A stretch of 64,000 nucleotides of DNA from Camelus dromedarius (lineage: Eukaryota). The notes beneath the pieces are model-generated. The model worked only from the letters and a program-made list of their open reading frames with translations, made no database searches and had not been told where the DNA came from. Both the position numbers and the translations under genes were made by a program. The stretch is from the NCBI RefSeq assembly GCF_036321535.1, contig NC_087437.1, positions 94,490,001 to 94,554,000 on the forward strand. Reading direction: 5' to 3'. Below, piece after piece: positions 1 through 13,646 of this stretch. Numbering within the stretch: the stretch's first letter is position 1; every line of letters begins with the position of its first letter.

Positions 1-1292
1 TCCCTCAAGTCATAGAGGGTAGATTGACTTACTAATTCCATCAGTGGGGTATAGCTGCCTGGAGCAATGTTTCAGTATATAAGCTTCAGACCAGGTTCCA
101 AGCAAAAAAGTTCAAATTAATTCTACCAGCATTTGGATTCATTCAAAAGTATGGTTCACTTTATCTTTGAGAATATAGATTAGGTAGAAAAATAAGTAAA
201 AGGAGGAATGCCTCTCAGTTACATTTTTAAGTTAATTTTAAACTCAGCAATTTTTTCATATAGAAATCTTATATAAGAAATCTTTAATATTTGGAGATGG
301 TAATTTTCCCTGACCTTTTTGTGTTCAGTCTTATTGTACCATTTCCTATCATTCAATATCAATTGGTTTATTTCTTTAAAATTAACACTTTATAAAAACA
401 AATTACACTGTTATTGTAGGAATTTATTTTAGTTTTTTTTTGTATTCACACAGGAGATTAGGAAGAATACTTAACCCTCCTTAACATTTATAAAGCATTC
501 CCTGATACCCCAAAATTCTATGATTTCTTTCCAATTTTGTATGTCTTAATGGGTAAAAATTTTACTGTGATTATTTTGAAAAAAACAAATCAGCTTCTAC
601 TGGACTTAATATTTGTTTGTATTATTTATGAAAATAAAAATCAAAACCAAAATAGCATCGTTTGCACTCTCCAATATTTAAATATAGGTGATAAAAACTG
701 ATTTAAAATTATTACAGATGTTAGAAAATAATATTTTGTGTACTTATTATTAAGCAGTCATCATTCTAGGAGTTGTTTCTATCCTCACTTTACAAATAAA
801 AAAGCTTTAAAAATGTTAACTGATTAATGAATGAATATACAAGTCAATGATTCAGTTGAGATATTCCCCTTCTTCTACAAACCCCCCCAAATCCTACCCT
901 TATGTATATTATCATTTTATTGATACATCATGTAGTAACCCTAACAGCTTAAAAGGACAACTGCTGGAATGCCTGGATCAGGTACTGAGAATACAACAGT
1001 GGTCACATCACTGGTAAACCTAGTTCCGTCAGTATCTTCTTTGGTTTGAGATACATCCCTTAAGTCGCCTTCCTGCTTTGTAAAATATAGGTCTTTACCT
1101 AAAAGAATCTTTAGGTTCCCAACCATCTTTGCCATGCTCTTGTTTCTTAATTATTAGGAATAAAAGCTCTTATTTCAACACAAAGAAATATATAGAATCT
1201 ATTGCAGGTAGTCATATTTTTTGGTGATCCTGTTTAGGCTTCTGGGAAGTCCTGCTGCTATGAAGTCCAAGTACTGAGTATTCTATTGAAGA

Positions 1293-1609
1293 TACCGTCT
1301 TCACTTGGTACCCTGGTTCCAGGACCCCCGGGGATATAAAAACCCATAGCTGTTCAAGTCCCTTATATAAAATGGCGAAGTGTTTGCATATAACCTGTAC
1401 ATAGGAAGATGTGTATTTTAAATCATCTCTAGATTACTTATAATACCTAATAGCAATGTAAGTTTTATGTGAAATAATTGTCAGCACATGACAAATTCAA
1501 GTTGTGCTATTTGAAACTTTATGGAATTTTTTATTTCCCAAATATTTTCAATCCAAAGTTGACTGAAACCTAGGATGCAGAACCTGCAGATGAGGAGGAC
1601 TGACTGTAC
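1293..1609 (+). mobile_element. MER2/MER2B (TcMar-Tigger non-autonomous DNA transposon)
   Basis: Diagnostic segments ggttccaggacccc...caagtcccttatataaaatggcg...aaatcatctctagattacttataatacctaata and terminal gactgactgta. Confidence 0.8.
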
Positions 1610-1854
1610 TCTTGGTTTCAAGTATGTAACATTTTGAAAGAAGAGGAGATGGCCATGGTAAAGGAGATGCAGGAAGAAGAGTCAGAGGACTCCTGACTGC
1701 TTAACAAGGGTCAGCTTCTACCCAGGGGCCTGATCTTTCTGCTTCCATTCTCTCTTCCCAACTTCAAGAAACATAAAAAAAAAATGTAAGCTGAGGTCAG
1801 TGGCATAATGAAATCAGCATATAGGGATTCTTCTTGTCATATAGAATGGATCAA

Positions 1855-1985
1855 AACAAATGTAAAAAATATATATACACAAAAAATTGACACAGCATTG
1901 TAAACTGACTATATATGTACACGTGCGCGCGCACACACACACACATATATATATATACATACACATACAAAAAAACACAAAAAAA
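1855..1985 (+). mobile_element. Very short L1 3'-end remnant with (CA)/(TA) microsatellite and A-rich tail
   Basis: aaattgacacagcattgtaaactgactat matches the L1 3' ends seen elsewhere in this window (e.g. 33541-33570). Confidence 0.55.
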
Positions 1986-2579
1986 TTAATGTATATTGCT
2001 TGGATCCTTACTGTATGGAATGAGATGTACCTCTCTTAATATTAGCTAGGGCAAAGTCATCCTTCCACATGTCAAACAATGGAAGGACTATTTTGTTAAC
2101 TGCTATATATATATATACAGATGTCATCCCACAGATGCCAGATTGAAAGTTTGTTTTCCATGATCTTTATATTAATTACACTCTGGCTTCTGTAGATTAA
2201 GGCTCAAACATTCTACAGTGCCTGCATACCCCATGCAACATGTGTAAATTGGAGACATTACTCCTTGTTTCAAAGGAGGGAGGGAGGTCTACTTAAATCC
2301 ATTTTGCATATATAAGTCAGAATTAACTTTAAGATTAACTACTGATTATTTTCACAGTACCACTTACGTGATTGGTTTAGTAACCAGCTCTTTTGTATTC
2401 GTCTGATGAACTTTAAAAATTTTATATTATCAGTTTTATATTAGAAAAGGGAAACTGTGATTTTAAGTATTGTTATCTCATTATGAGATAAAATTCCTAT
2501 TTGTGCTTAGTAATATAAATAGTATTATATTCTGTATTAAGGCCTCTAAAATCCTATCGACTGTAAGTGTAACTTTTTA

Positions 2580-3210
2580 TTTATTTATTTTTCTCTTTTT
2601 TTCTTCCAGTTTTATTGATATGTAATTCAAATATAACACTGTGTAAATTTAAAGTGTACAGCATAATTATTTGACACAAACTTCATGAAATGATTATCAC
2701 AATAAGTTTAGTGAACATTCATCATCATATGTAGAAACAAAATTAAAGAAATAAAAAATTTTCCTTGTGATGAGAACTCTTTTACTCTTTTAACAACTTT
2801 CATAAATAACATAAAGCAGTGTTATTATATTTATCATATTGTACATTACATGCCTAGTACCTATTTATTTTACAACTAGAAGTTTGTACCTTTTGACTAT
2901 CTTCATCCAATTCCCCCTCCCCTCACCCCTTCTGGTGAACACAAAACACAAATCTGATATCTTACGAGTTTGTTTGTTTTTGGAATATAATTGATCTACA
3001 ACATGATGTTAGTTCCTGTTACACAATGTAGTGATTCGATATTTTTATACACTTCAAAATGATCACTGTGATAATTCTAGTTATAATATGTCTCATACAA
3101 AGATATTACATAGTTATTGACTATATTCCCCACACACTATGCATTTCATTCTTGTGACTAATTTATTTTGCACCTGGAAGTTTGTACCTCTTAATCTCTC
3201 TCATCTATTT
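2580..3210 (-). mobile_element. L1 (L1MA-like) 3'UTR fragment
   Basis: T-rich tail then ttattga..ataacactgtgtaaatttaaagtgtacagcata...gaagtttgtacc motifs typical of antisense L1MA-type 3' ends. Confidence 0.7.
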
Positions 3211-3479
3211 CAGAAATAGGGATGTAAATATGATGTAAGTACAGGTACTTATTGCTTGACGACATCCTTGAATATAAGATACCTAGTTAGGAAACTTGGC
3301 TGGAAGGATTTAGGTAAACAGAGCCATGTTAGAGGAAGGTATTGGGTAATGTCAACAAACTTAGAAGGCAAATGCAGGAGTAGAAATGAGATGCCATCAA
3401 TGGGTGATTTAACTCAGACCAGCATCTGACAGATGTAGGAACATAAGGAGGCATGTATGTGTGTATGTGTAGGGAAGTC

Positions 3480-4070
3480 ATTTATAATTTTGAATAAGGC
3501 AGTGAGGAATTGCTCCATTGAGAAGGTAATATTTGATGAGTAAAAGGAAAAATCCACACAGCTACCTGGTAAAATATTTTTCAGGCAAAGGAAAGAGCAA
3601 GTCTAAAGGCCCAGGGCAGAAAACATAGTTCTAGGAACAGCAAAGGGGACACAGTGGCTAGAGCAAATAGAAAGAGAAGAAGAATGTGAGGTCATAGAAG
3701 TAACAGGCATTCTGGACATAGAAAAGCTTGGTGACGTAAGCTTTTACTCTGAGTGCAATAGGAGGTATTCGAGGGCTTTGGGCAGAGGACATGACTGATT
3801 GATTGATAGAAAGAACACTCATTCAGTTGCTGCTGTATTAAGCATAAACTAGGATGGCGGAAGGGCCCCAAAGAAAAGGGAGAGCAGTTAGGAAGATACG
3901 GCATCAAACCAGGTAAGAGATGTTGGTGCCTTGGGCAACATAGCAATGTGGAAGGGGTGAAAAATGGCTGGATTGTGGAGATGTGTTGAAGATGAAATCT
4001 ACCAAGTTTGCCCTTGGATTTAATGTAGAGTTTGAAAGAAAGAGAAATAAAAGATTACCCAAAGTTAGGA
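3480..4070 (-). mobile_element. L2 LINE fragment
   Basis: Purine-rich L2 antisense motifs (aaaggcccagggcaga, ggaacagcaaag, ttttactctgagtgcaataggagg, ggattgtggagatgtgttgaag). Confidence 0.65.
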
Positions 4071-4373
4071 ATAAATGAACCATAGCACAGATCCATCTTT
4101 CTTGGCTGCTAAATTTTTGTCAAATGGGTCTGGGTACTTTCATTGGAATCAGCTGTCAACTCTGAACCCCACTGATAGCTGAATAAAAGCAAATGAGGTG
4201 CTTGCCAAACAGGATTCTGTGGTTTTTGGAGAGAGGGTGAACCAGTTGTTAATATGGGGAACATCTAGAGTTTGTCTGAAACTGGAAACAACCACTGAGA
4301 ACAGTTATATTTTACAAAAGAACAATTTTTGTTGACTTTTAAAAATCTAAGACTGAGGAATGAGGTAGGAGAC

Positions 4374-5472
4374 TGTCTTTATCAGCCTGAGCTGCTGTAA
4401 CGAGATACTATGGACTAGGTGGCTTAACAGAAAACATTTCCTACAATTCTGGAGAACTGAAAGTAGAAGATCTAAGTGTCTGCTGAGAGCCCTCTTCCTG
4501 GGTTTCAGAGGGCCACCTTTATTTTTAATGTCCTCACATCACCTCCCAGTGCATGCATACACATGGAGAGAACAGTGAGATATCTTGTCTCTTCCTCTTT
4601 TTATGAGGGCATTAATCCTATCATGAGGGTCCTACCCTCATGGCCTTTTTTTTTTTTTAATTTAGAATCTTTTTTAAACATGTTTTTAATTTTTAATTAA
4701 AAAAATTTTTATTATAGTATAGTTAGTTACATTGTGTCAATTTCTGGTGTACAGAATAATGTCCCAGTCATATATATATATGTATATTCATTTTCATATT
4801 CTTTTTCATTAAAGGTTATTATAAAATATTGAGCATAGTTCCCTGTGCTAAAGAGAAAAAATCTGTTTTTTATCTATTTATATATATAGTAATTAATATT
4901 TGCAAATCTGAAACTCCCAAATTTATCCCTTCCCACCCTGTTTTCCCTGGTAACCATGTTTGTTTACCATGTCTGCGAGTCTGTTTCTGTTTTGTAGATT
5001 AGTTCATTCTTAGTGTCTTCTTTTTTCTTTTCATAGATTCTACATATGAGTGATATCATATGGTATTTTTCTTTCTCTTTCTGGCTTACTTCACTTAGAA
5101 TGATGATCACTAGGTCCACCCATGTTGGTATAAATAGCATTATTTTATTATCTTTTATGGCTGAGTAGTATTCCATTGTATAAATATACCACAAATTCTT
5201 TATCCAGTTGTCTGTTGATGGACATTGCTTCCATGTCTAGGCTATCATATATGGTGCTGCTATCAACATTGGGGTGCATGTATCTTTTCAAATTAGAGTT
5301 CCCTCTGAATATATGTCATGGCCTCTTCTAAACCTAATCACCTTCCAAAGTCCCCACCTCCAAATATTATCCCATTGAGGGTTAGGTCCTCCATATGTGA
5401 CTTTTGAAGATATGGGTAATGTCAACAGTTAGAAGGCAAATGCAAGTATGTTGACCAACATTCAGTCCATAT
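4374..5472 (-). mobile_element. MLT1A-type (ERVL-MaLR) solo LTR, split by an L1 insertion (4647-5315)
   Basis: gctgctgtaac..actaggtggcttaac; gagggcattaatcctatcatgagggtcctaccctcatg | ctaaacctaatcaccttccaaagtccccacctccaaata...aacattcagtccata. Confidence 0.8.
4647..5315 (-). mobile_element. 5'-truncated L1 (lineage-type 3'UTR plus ORF2 C-terminal end) with TSD TCATGGCCT (4638-4646 / 5316-5324)
   Basis: Poly-T tail at 4646-4658. ORF 4964-5194(-) MWYIYTMEYYSAIK.. is the classic L1 ORF2 end. 9-bp target duplication. Confidence 0.9.
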
Positions 5473-7644
5473 GAGGGACTCTAAGGATCTTGGATACATA
5501 ATGTTTGTTTAAAGTGGTGGATAGTATTAGATCACCTTGGGACAAGAGAAAAAAAAAAAAAGGGGGTTGACTGCATATTAAATTTGAGAAACCAGCTCAG
5601 ATGATTCAGATTTTTCCTTTCTTCACCCTTCAGCATTTGTTTCTCCTTGCCCACCTCTTAGAATTACAACTCTACATACATTGCTTTTGGTGTAAATTTT
5701 TAGATCAGTAAATGCATTTCCTTTTTTACCCTAATAAGTCTTGGCAAAGGTTAAAAAATAATCTATGCAGTAGTTAGCAACAGTTTTATGTTACATTTAA
5801 GAAACTGTAAGTTAAACTTGGCTGTTTTGCAAAGTATATCTTGTACATGAGGAACGTGATGGGAATGAGCCAATAATGTTAGTAGAATTAAACCTCCAAT
5901 GTGGAAAAGGCAAACATTTAATAAAAGGAATTTATGACTTTTATTCAGATATGTCAGCATTTGCTTTATGTGTGTATATTTGAAGTTTCTTTTTTTCTTA
6001 CATTATAGAGGTTAAGTATAGGTTGTAGGTTAATTATGTAGATTCAGTATAGATTTTGAAGTCAAAATACCTAAATTTGAGTATCTACAATTTGTTGCTC
6101 TTATGTTCATGAACATGTTATTTAAATCTATCATCTCTTTGTTCTCAACAGTATTCTGGATAGTTGATTTTGCCAGATAAATGATCTTAAGATAAGTGAG
6201 GTATTAAGGTATGTGTCTGCCTTTAATGTTGTCCAGAACTCAATTGAGCTCTAAAAATTGATCGATGGATTTTCTACTCCAATATGCATTTCACAACTTT
6301 GCTAGTCTTTCATGTCAGAGCATTAAATGTTTTGCAATTTCCTTTTTGAAGACAGATTACTGTTTTCTTTATTCCCTTATGTCAGAAAAATGTTCAGATA
6401 GAAGAGTATTTATGTTTAACTGTGGTCCACCATTCATACCACCAGCAAAGTCTCTGTTGATACCATCAGAAAAATGAGGATAGACTTGAGCAAGTTTTAA
6501 TATACAGCGTTTGTCATTAAGACGCTATGATAGCAAACCAGATAAACTTACATCAATTGTATTTTTGATCTTAAATATTCTATAATGTACTGGAGTTCAC
6601 TTTATTTGATCTTTATATGGTGAAAAAATGTCTAAGCATACTTATTTATATTTTTAAGCAATTGCTTTGTTATTAAAGGGAAGAGAGGGACTAATTAAGT
6701 AGAAGGACAATTATCCTCAAATTTTCTTGTGACAGTTGACAGTTTATAAAGCAGTGCTATAAATGTGACTCTCACGAGCTTCCTAACTAACAAAATACCA
6801 ATTTTACTTCTCACGTTATACTTTAGGATTGAACCATAAAGGCAAAAAAACTGAAGGCACTGCATACCTCATTACACAGGCCTAAGAGGTGGTGATGTAG
6901 CAAAAGCTACAAAATTACTGTGGATCATTAGAGCCAAACAGAAGAGATGAAATAGGAATAGTTTATCAGAAGCAGTCAGTCCAGGAAAGCAAAGGACTTA
7001 AATCAAAATGATAATAGAGAAGCGAAAAGAAAATACATGGTGTGTGAGCAATGGAAGAAAAAAAATATTGATATAAAAGGAAGAGCTAGACAGAATGGAA
7101 TTCATATGTTAATGATTTTATGAAATTAGAAAGATAGTCTGCAAGGGAATAAATGTGATAAGTTTTGTTTGTATATGCATCTTTTAAAAGGAAATTGAAT
7201 AAATAGAAACTTAAAGTTGTTCTTTAATACAAATTTTAACATATACCTCCAAATATATGGAATGGGATTTCTACTTTTCATTATGGTTGTTTTATGAGTA
7301 AAACTAATAAAAATTATATTATTTTATGTTGAAAGAAGAAGTCATTTACTGTCTTTGACATTCAATTTTCTTTTACATAAAATGACAGCATTGGAATATA
7401 TACACATTTTGTTTGCTTCTGGTTTCCAATTTGCATGATTCCATGAAATGTGATTTTCCACTGGAGTGAAATATCTTTCCATCCTTCACAAGTATAGTCA
7501 TTTTAAGGTTTTATTTTGTAATTTGTGAAAACATTTATCCATATCTGTTTGTGATGCTATATTTGATTTCTCATTCTTCTCTGGTGATTAATTACATATG
7601 AATTGTCCTTAAATATCAAGTTATATCCATAAACTCAAGACATC

Positions 7645-7649
<5 letters not shown>

Positions 7650-7696
<47 letters not shown>
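7650..7696. repeat. (TA)n microsatellite
   Basis: Uninterrupted run of more than 20 TA units. Confidence 0.95.
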
Positions 7697-7700
<4 letters not shown>

Positions 7701-7829
7701 ACATGTGCTGATATATCTATGTTTGTAATAAATATTTTATCAGTGTGCTTATCCCTTATTTCTAGGTCCATCTCTGTAGTTAATAACAGACATACAAGGT
7801 AAAATTCAAATTCAATCCTTGATATGTCA

Positions 7830-7932
7830 TTTTTTTTTAAATTGAAGTATAGTCAGTTACAATGTGTCAATTTCTGGTGTATAGCATAATGTCCCAATCA
7901 TGTATACATACACACACATATCTTCATTTTCA
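7830..7932 (-). mobile_element. ~100-bp L1 3'-terminal fragment
   Basis: Poly-T then aattgaagtatagtcagttacaatgtgtcaatttctggtgta; same family as the copies at 4700, 38660 and 63615. Confidence 0.8.
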
Positions 7933-10900
7933 GCTGTTTTTAAAATCACAAGTTAATAGCTTCAGCTTTCGATAGATACGCTTTATGTCTTTTTACAAAG
8001 CAAAATATTATTTTCTAACCTTTACTTTGTGAAAGTTTAAGGAACTGTACCACCACTCCCAGTTACAATTTGCAAGCTTAAATTAACACATTGATATAGC
8101 TATATGCTGTCCCTTTTGATAATAACCATACAGATGAATAGAAACTGAAGACTCATTCCATTTGTGTCAATATTAGCAGAAAATAATATGACAGAGTGCA
8201 AGACTCAGGAGACTCATCTGACATTATTGAACAACCTCTTACCCTAGGAACTGCCTTTTGCTGGGCCTTCCCCAGAAACATAACACAAAAGAAGGTCTTC
8301 TGATGGCCTTTGAACAATCTCAGACACTGATCTATGCATTTTAGAAAAGACGCCCTTGAATGCAAATAATTTCAACTTGAAAACTTAGTCGATGCCTGAA
8401 AATTATTTCTTTTGTATGGCACTTTGAAGGACCTTTTACAGTGACTGTTCATATCCATGCCAAATCCTTTGTGGGAGGAAAGAACCTTGACATAAAAATC
8501 ATAAAATACAAATTCACATTTTATTTTTGAAATTAAAGGTAGTGAAATATGAGAGAGGTTTTAGCTTCCTAGGAAGTGAACTTGAACAAGAGAAGCAAAA
8601 TATGTCCAGCAAATATTTATGGGTTTTATCTTCTTAAGAGATAGGTTTCTTTGTCAAGAGTTATATATGACAGGACAGTTTTCTGTATTAAAAATGATTC
8701 TGTATTATTAATTCATTGATTTATAATTTATTTTTCTTGAAATAATATTGAAATGATCATTAAATATGGATATATATGTAAGATATATACATATGTATGA
8801 TAATTTTATATATGATAATTCTCTAAGAAGTTATCAGATGATGTAGAATTAATTTTTTTTCAGTCTTTAAACTTAAATAACAATAAAAAGTTTCTAATTG
8901 CTCAGGATTATTTTTAATGGTTTTTTTGGTTAGGTAAATAAACATCTTTAATACTTATTAGAATAATATGCAAGTCCACTTATGCCAGCACAAATGAAAT
9001 GCTGTTGTGACAGAGCTAGGCTTTATTATTTTCATTAATAAGGGCTATCTGTTCTTTATGTATGGCTGTCCATTCTGAAATAGAATATTTGAAAGAGAAC
9101 TCTTAGAATAATTTCAAATTCAGAAAGTAAGACAACAAATATATTTCCTATGGAGCAGTTTGTTTCATGATTTTTCATATTTGTTGTTAGTGTCTCATTA
9201 GTATTAAAACAGTAACGAGTACACATTCTGCCACCACCGCTAATACTACTACTACCACTGTGAATACCGCCACCACCACACAGCTCTTTCTAAGGGTAAC
9301 ATTCACTGCAAGGAAAATTCGTGCCAAGCCCTGAGCCACGTAACCCACATAGATAATTTTATTGAGGCTTGATGGAAGTCTTGTGTAGTAAACTCGACTA
9401 TTTAATTCTATACTGTAAAGCAGTTGTGCAAAATCAAAAAAAATTCCCAGGGTCCAAGGTCATCTGAACAATTGTAGACACCATAATATTCTAATTTTGC
9501 AGGTAGGTTAACATATCCAAGTTTATACTGGTAGCTACTTCTCTAGCTAACAATAGAATGCTAACAAGTATGAATGAGGTATGAGGATGGAAACAGTTTT
9601 TAGAGAAGGAGTACAAGAAAGATGAAATGACACGCCCTAGTCATTCATGTGAACACATAAGAACTCAGTCACCTTAAAGAGGATTTAAATAATTCTGCTT
9701 TAAATTTCCTGTGAAGAATCCCACCATTTATTAAATGGTGATTTACAAGGATGAGTGTCCAGTCTGTTCTAAGGAACTCAGGTGTTATATTAAAAAAAAA
9801 AAATCACAGGAAAAATCAGCTTGAGAATAAAATAATACAAAGATAAATCATTAATATACTGAATGTGACACTTGAGGGCTTCCATTTTACTGACATGTAT
9901 GACTTTACATTCGAAATTAATCCATGGAGAGAAAGACGAGCATTTTGCCATCTATAAAACTTTGGCATCGCAAAATGTAAGTTGAACTGTACTGTGACCT
10001 CGATTTCAATCATAATGCAGTAGGAGGGAAAATGTCGGTGAATTATGGTAAAATAAATTTTATTTTGAGCAATATTAGTTTCTTTTCAGTGAACTTTTTT
10101 GACGTTTAATAGATTTTTCGGTCATGCACAAATAGAAGAAGAATGTAAGTGGAATGAAAATATAATACCTTTTGCTACCAAATGAAACATTAAACCATGC
10201 CAAGGAGAGCCTCTGGATGTGTCCATTTCACCCATGAACGCTTCCGGCTCTCCAGACCTAAGGTGGAGGAAGTGATGCAGTGGCTGGTCTCCTGGGGCAC
10301 TCACGTTGCAGACTAAGGCTAAGAGGTGGCTGACTACATGATGCACTGCTGAGTTCTGCAAATAAATCAGCTGACTTCAGTTTTAGGAAGAGGGTTTTCA
10401 ACCTGCCAGTTGTGAAGTAAATTTGAACAACAATATTTATACAGATACTGCTGCTCCAAAATTAACTTGCTCACATAATTTTATTCATAGGTGCATTTTT
10501 TAAAAAGCAGTGCTCTTTTTTTAAATACTAGGAAATATTTTAAGCCTATAAAACTACACAGAAAAGAATACTGACTATTTATATACTATCAACTTGCTCT
10601 TCAAAATTAATATTTTGCCCCAACTTTATCATTTCTAAAATTTTTTGGAAGTAATGAATTACGAGGGATACAGTTGAAGACTCCTACAAACCACTTTCTG
10701 CAATTTCCTTCTCTTTCTAACCCTTGACGACTTAATGACCATCTCATTGGGATGTGATGTGCTATACTGTATTTCTAGTAAATATACATTTAATTAAAAG
10801 CCTTTTCATAAAAGTTCCTTGCTGAAAAGACTGCAGAAGCTTGGTTTTCGTCTCTGGCTATTAATATCACTTGAGGGGCACTTTTTAGATACTTGGTTCT

Positions 10901-11055
10901 GAAATTCTCAAATATGTGTATGTTGGGCAAAGTTGTAGACTTTTAATTGAGTTATTATATTACAATCAGAAAACATAGTCTGTAAATGACAAGTCTTTAT
11001 TATCCATTTTATATTTATGCCTTTGTGGCATAAACATATGTTATATAATTATATA

Positions 11056-11058
<3 letters not shown>

Positions 11059-11105
<47 letters not shown>
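11059..11105. repeat. (TA)n(CA)n microsatellite
   Basis: Seen directly. Confidence 0.95.
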
Positions 11106-11269
11106 ATATAGAGAGAGATAAATAACATAAATGTAGTTATTATTATTGGCATTATTGTTGTTGTACATTCAACAATTATTTGCTTGCCAATTTCTTGCTT
11201 ACTTCTACCTTCCTTTTGGTTTTGATTGCTTTCTTGCTACAATACATGTTAGCTGCTGGTTTTCAATCA

Positions 11270-11438
11270 AGTTGCACGTTAGAATTATCCACAGAATTTA
11301 GAAAAAAGAAAAGAAAAAACATGATTCGGGTCCACCCGTAGAGATCCTATTTTAATCAATCTGAGCTGTGATTTGGTAGTGAGAATTTTAATGGTCCCCC
11401 AAGTGATGTTAATGCTCTGCAAGATTTGAAAACCAAGT
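11270..11438. mobile_element. MER5A-like hAT-Charlie element
   Basis: gggtccacccgtagagatcctattttaatcaatctg...cccccaagtgatgttaatg...tttgaaaacca. Confidence 0.6.
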
Positions 11439-12406
11439 TCTAGTAGTCCTTTTAGCAAGGAATTTTGGGGAAGTTTTTTTTTTAATTGCCTTTGAAAATA
11501 ACTGTAGGTTTCCAGCACATAGAATTCCAGGTTAACAGTTTTTTTTACTTAACTTTGATGATTTGCATCATCTTCTAATTTCTAGTATTATGTTTGAGGA
11601 CCTTGCAGTTGGGATAATTATTCTTTGCTAGACACTTGCTTTTACTTCTGTAGTTGACCTTAAGATTGCCTGTCTACTATTGATCTTCTACAATTTCCCT
11701 ACCATGTCTTTTGATTAGTGATTATTTGTTTTTGTCTTTTTCAGGACTAGTATAGAGTTTAAATCTAAGGATTATTCTTTTACTATCACTCAACCCATTT
11801 TTGTCCAGGTTAATTTTTAATAGTGATTTCTTCTTTTCACTTATTTCTAAATCCTGGTGTATATATTTAACTATTTTGAGCATATCTATTTGAAAAATAT
11901 ATCTGTCTGGAAAAAAAAATCTGTTACCTGAAGTGCTTAAGAGTTGAATCCTGTTGTATTATCTGTGAACTCTTGCTCATGTTTTATTTTATAGTTCAGA
12001 TTATGAGTTTATCTTTAGTGAGCTCTTATATATGTGTGGCTGTGTTGAAAATTCTTTTCTCCACTGCTTTTTGCACTTGCTTCTGCTGGAATCCCAAGTG
12101 TTTTACGACAGTGGAATAAATTTTAAGGCTGGGAGTTATCTAAGATTTAGTAACAGAGGATGCCTGAAATGCAGACATGCCTAAAGGCATATTATGGCTA
12201 CAAATTTCAGTCCCAGGACAAAACACACAAATTTCCTTTTGCCTGGAAAGTAAATTTATTTCTAGCTCTCTCTTTCACTTACAGTTAGCTCTGAAAAAAA
12301 TCTTGACTTTGTAACATGAAGTATCTCAGTTCTAACTCCCTAGATCTTACTAGCCCAAGACTTTTTCTCCCATCTTAACTAGGAATCGGTATCTAGGCTA
12401 TAGAGC

Positions 12407-12639
12407 AGGATTTCTCTACATCAACGTTATCGACTGAATTTTGGGATGGATAATTGTTTAGTGGTGGTCGTGGTGGTTGGTGAAGATGGGAGACTTGTAA
12501 AAAATTTAGTAGCAGTCCTAATCTCTGCCCACAAGATGCCAGCAATATACACCCCTCCCCAGTTGCAACAACCAAAATGTCTCCATCCATTTTCAAATGT
12601 CCCCGTGAGGACAAAATCGTCTCCACTTAAGAACCACTG
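12407..12639. mobile_element. MER20 hAT-Charlie element
   Basis: caggatttctc..ggataattgttt..gatgccagcaa..cccagttgcaacaaccaaaatgtctcca..aaatgtcccc..aagaaccactg. Confidence 0.8.
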
Positions 12640-12640
12640 T

Positions 12641-13586
12641 AATGAACATTGCAGTGCATGCATCTTTTTGAATTATAGCTTTCTCCAGATACATGCCCAG
12701 GAATGGGATTGCTGGATCATATGATAACTATTTTTAGTTTTTTAAAGGATCCTCCATTCTGTTCTTCATAGTGGTTGCACCAGTTTGCATTCCCACCAAC
12801 AGTGTAGGAGAGTTCCTTTATCTCCACAACCTATCCAGCATTTATTATTTATAGACTTTTTGATGATGGCCATTCTGACTGGTGTGGGATGATACCTCAC
12901 TGTAGTTTTGATTTGCATTTCTCAAACAATTAATGATGTTGAGCATCTTTTCATGTGCCTGTTGGCCATCTGTATGTTTTCTTTGGAGAAATGTCTATTT
13001 AGATCTTCTGTCTATATTTTGATTGTTTTTTTTTTTCTTGGATATTGAGCTGTGTGAGCTGCTTGTATATTTTGGAAATTAATCCCTTATCAGTTGTGTC
13101 ATTGGCAAGTATTTTCTTCTATTCCTTAGATTGTCTTTTCATTTTGTTTATTGTTTCCTTTTCTGGATAAAAGCTTTTAAGTTTAATTAGACTCCATTTG
13201 TTTATTTTTGTTTTTCTTTTCTTTACTGTAGGAGACAGATCCAAAAACTTATTGCTGCGATTTACGTCAGAGTGTTCTGCCTATGTTTTCCTCTAGGGTT
13301 TTTAGAGTATCTGGTCTTAACTTTTAGGTCTTTAATCCATTTTGAGTTTGTTTTTGTATACGGTGTTAGAAAATTCTAATTTCATTCTTTTACATGTGGC
13401 TGTTCAGTTTTCCCAGCACCACTTATTGAAGAGACTGTCTTTTCTCCATCATGTATTCTTTCTTCCTTTGTCATAGATTAATTGACCATAAGTATGTGGG
13501 TTTATTTCTGGACTTTCTATCATGTTCCATTGATCATGGAAGCAACCTCAATGTCCATTGACAGATGAATGGATGCAGAAAACATC

Positions 13587-13646
<60 letters not shown>

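Noticed and set aside
941..1135. 64-aa ORF with protein-like composition, possibly a pseudogene fragment
   Set aside because: No parent protein recognised and no poly-A or TSD. A BLASTX search would be needed to revive it.
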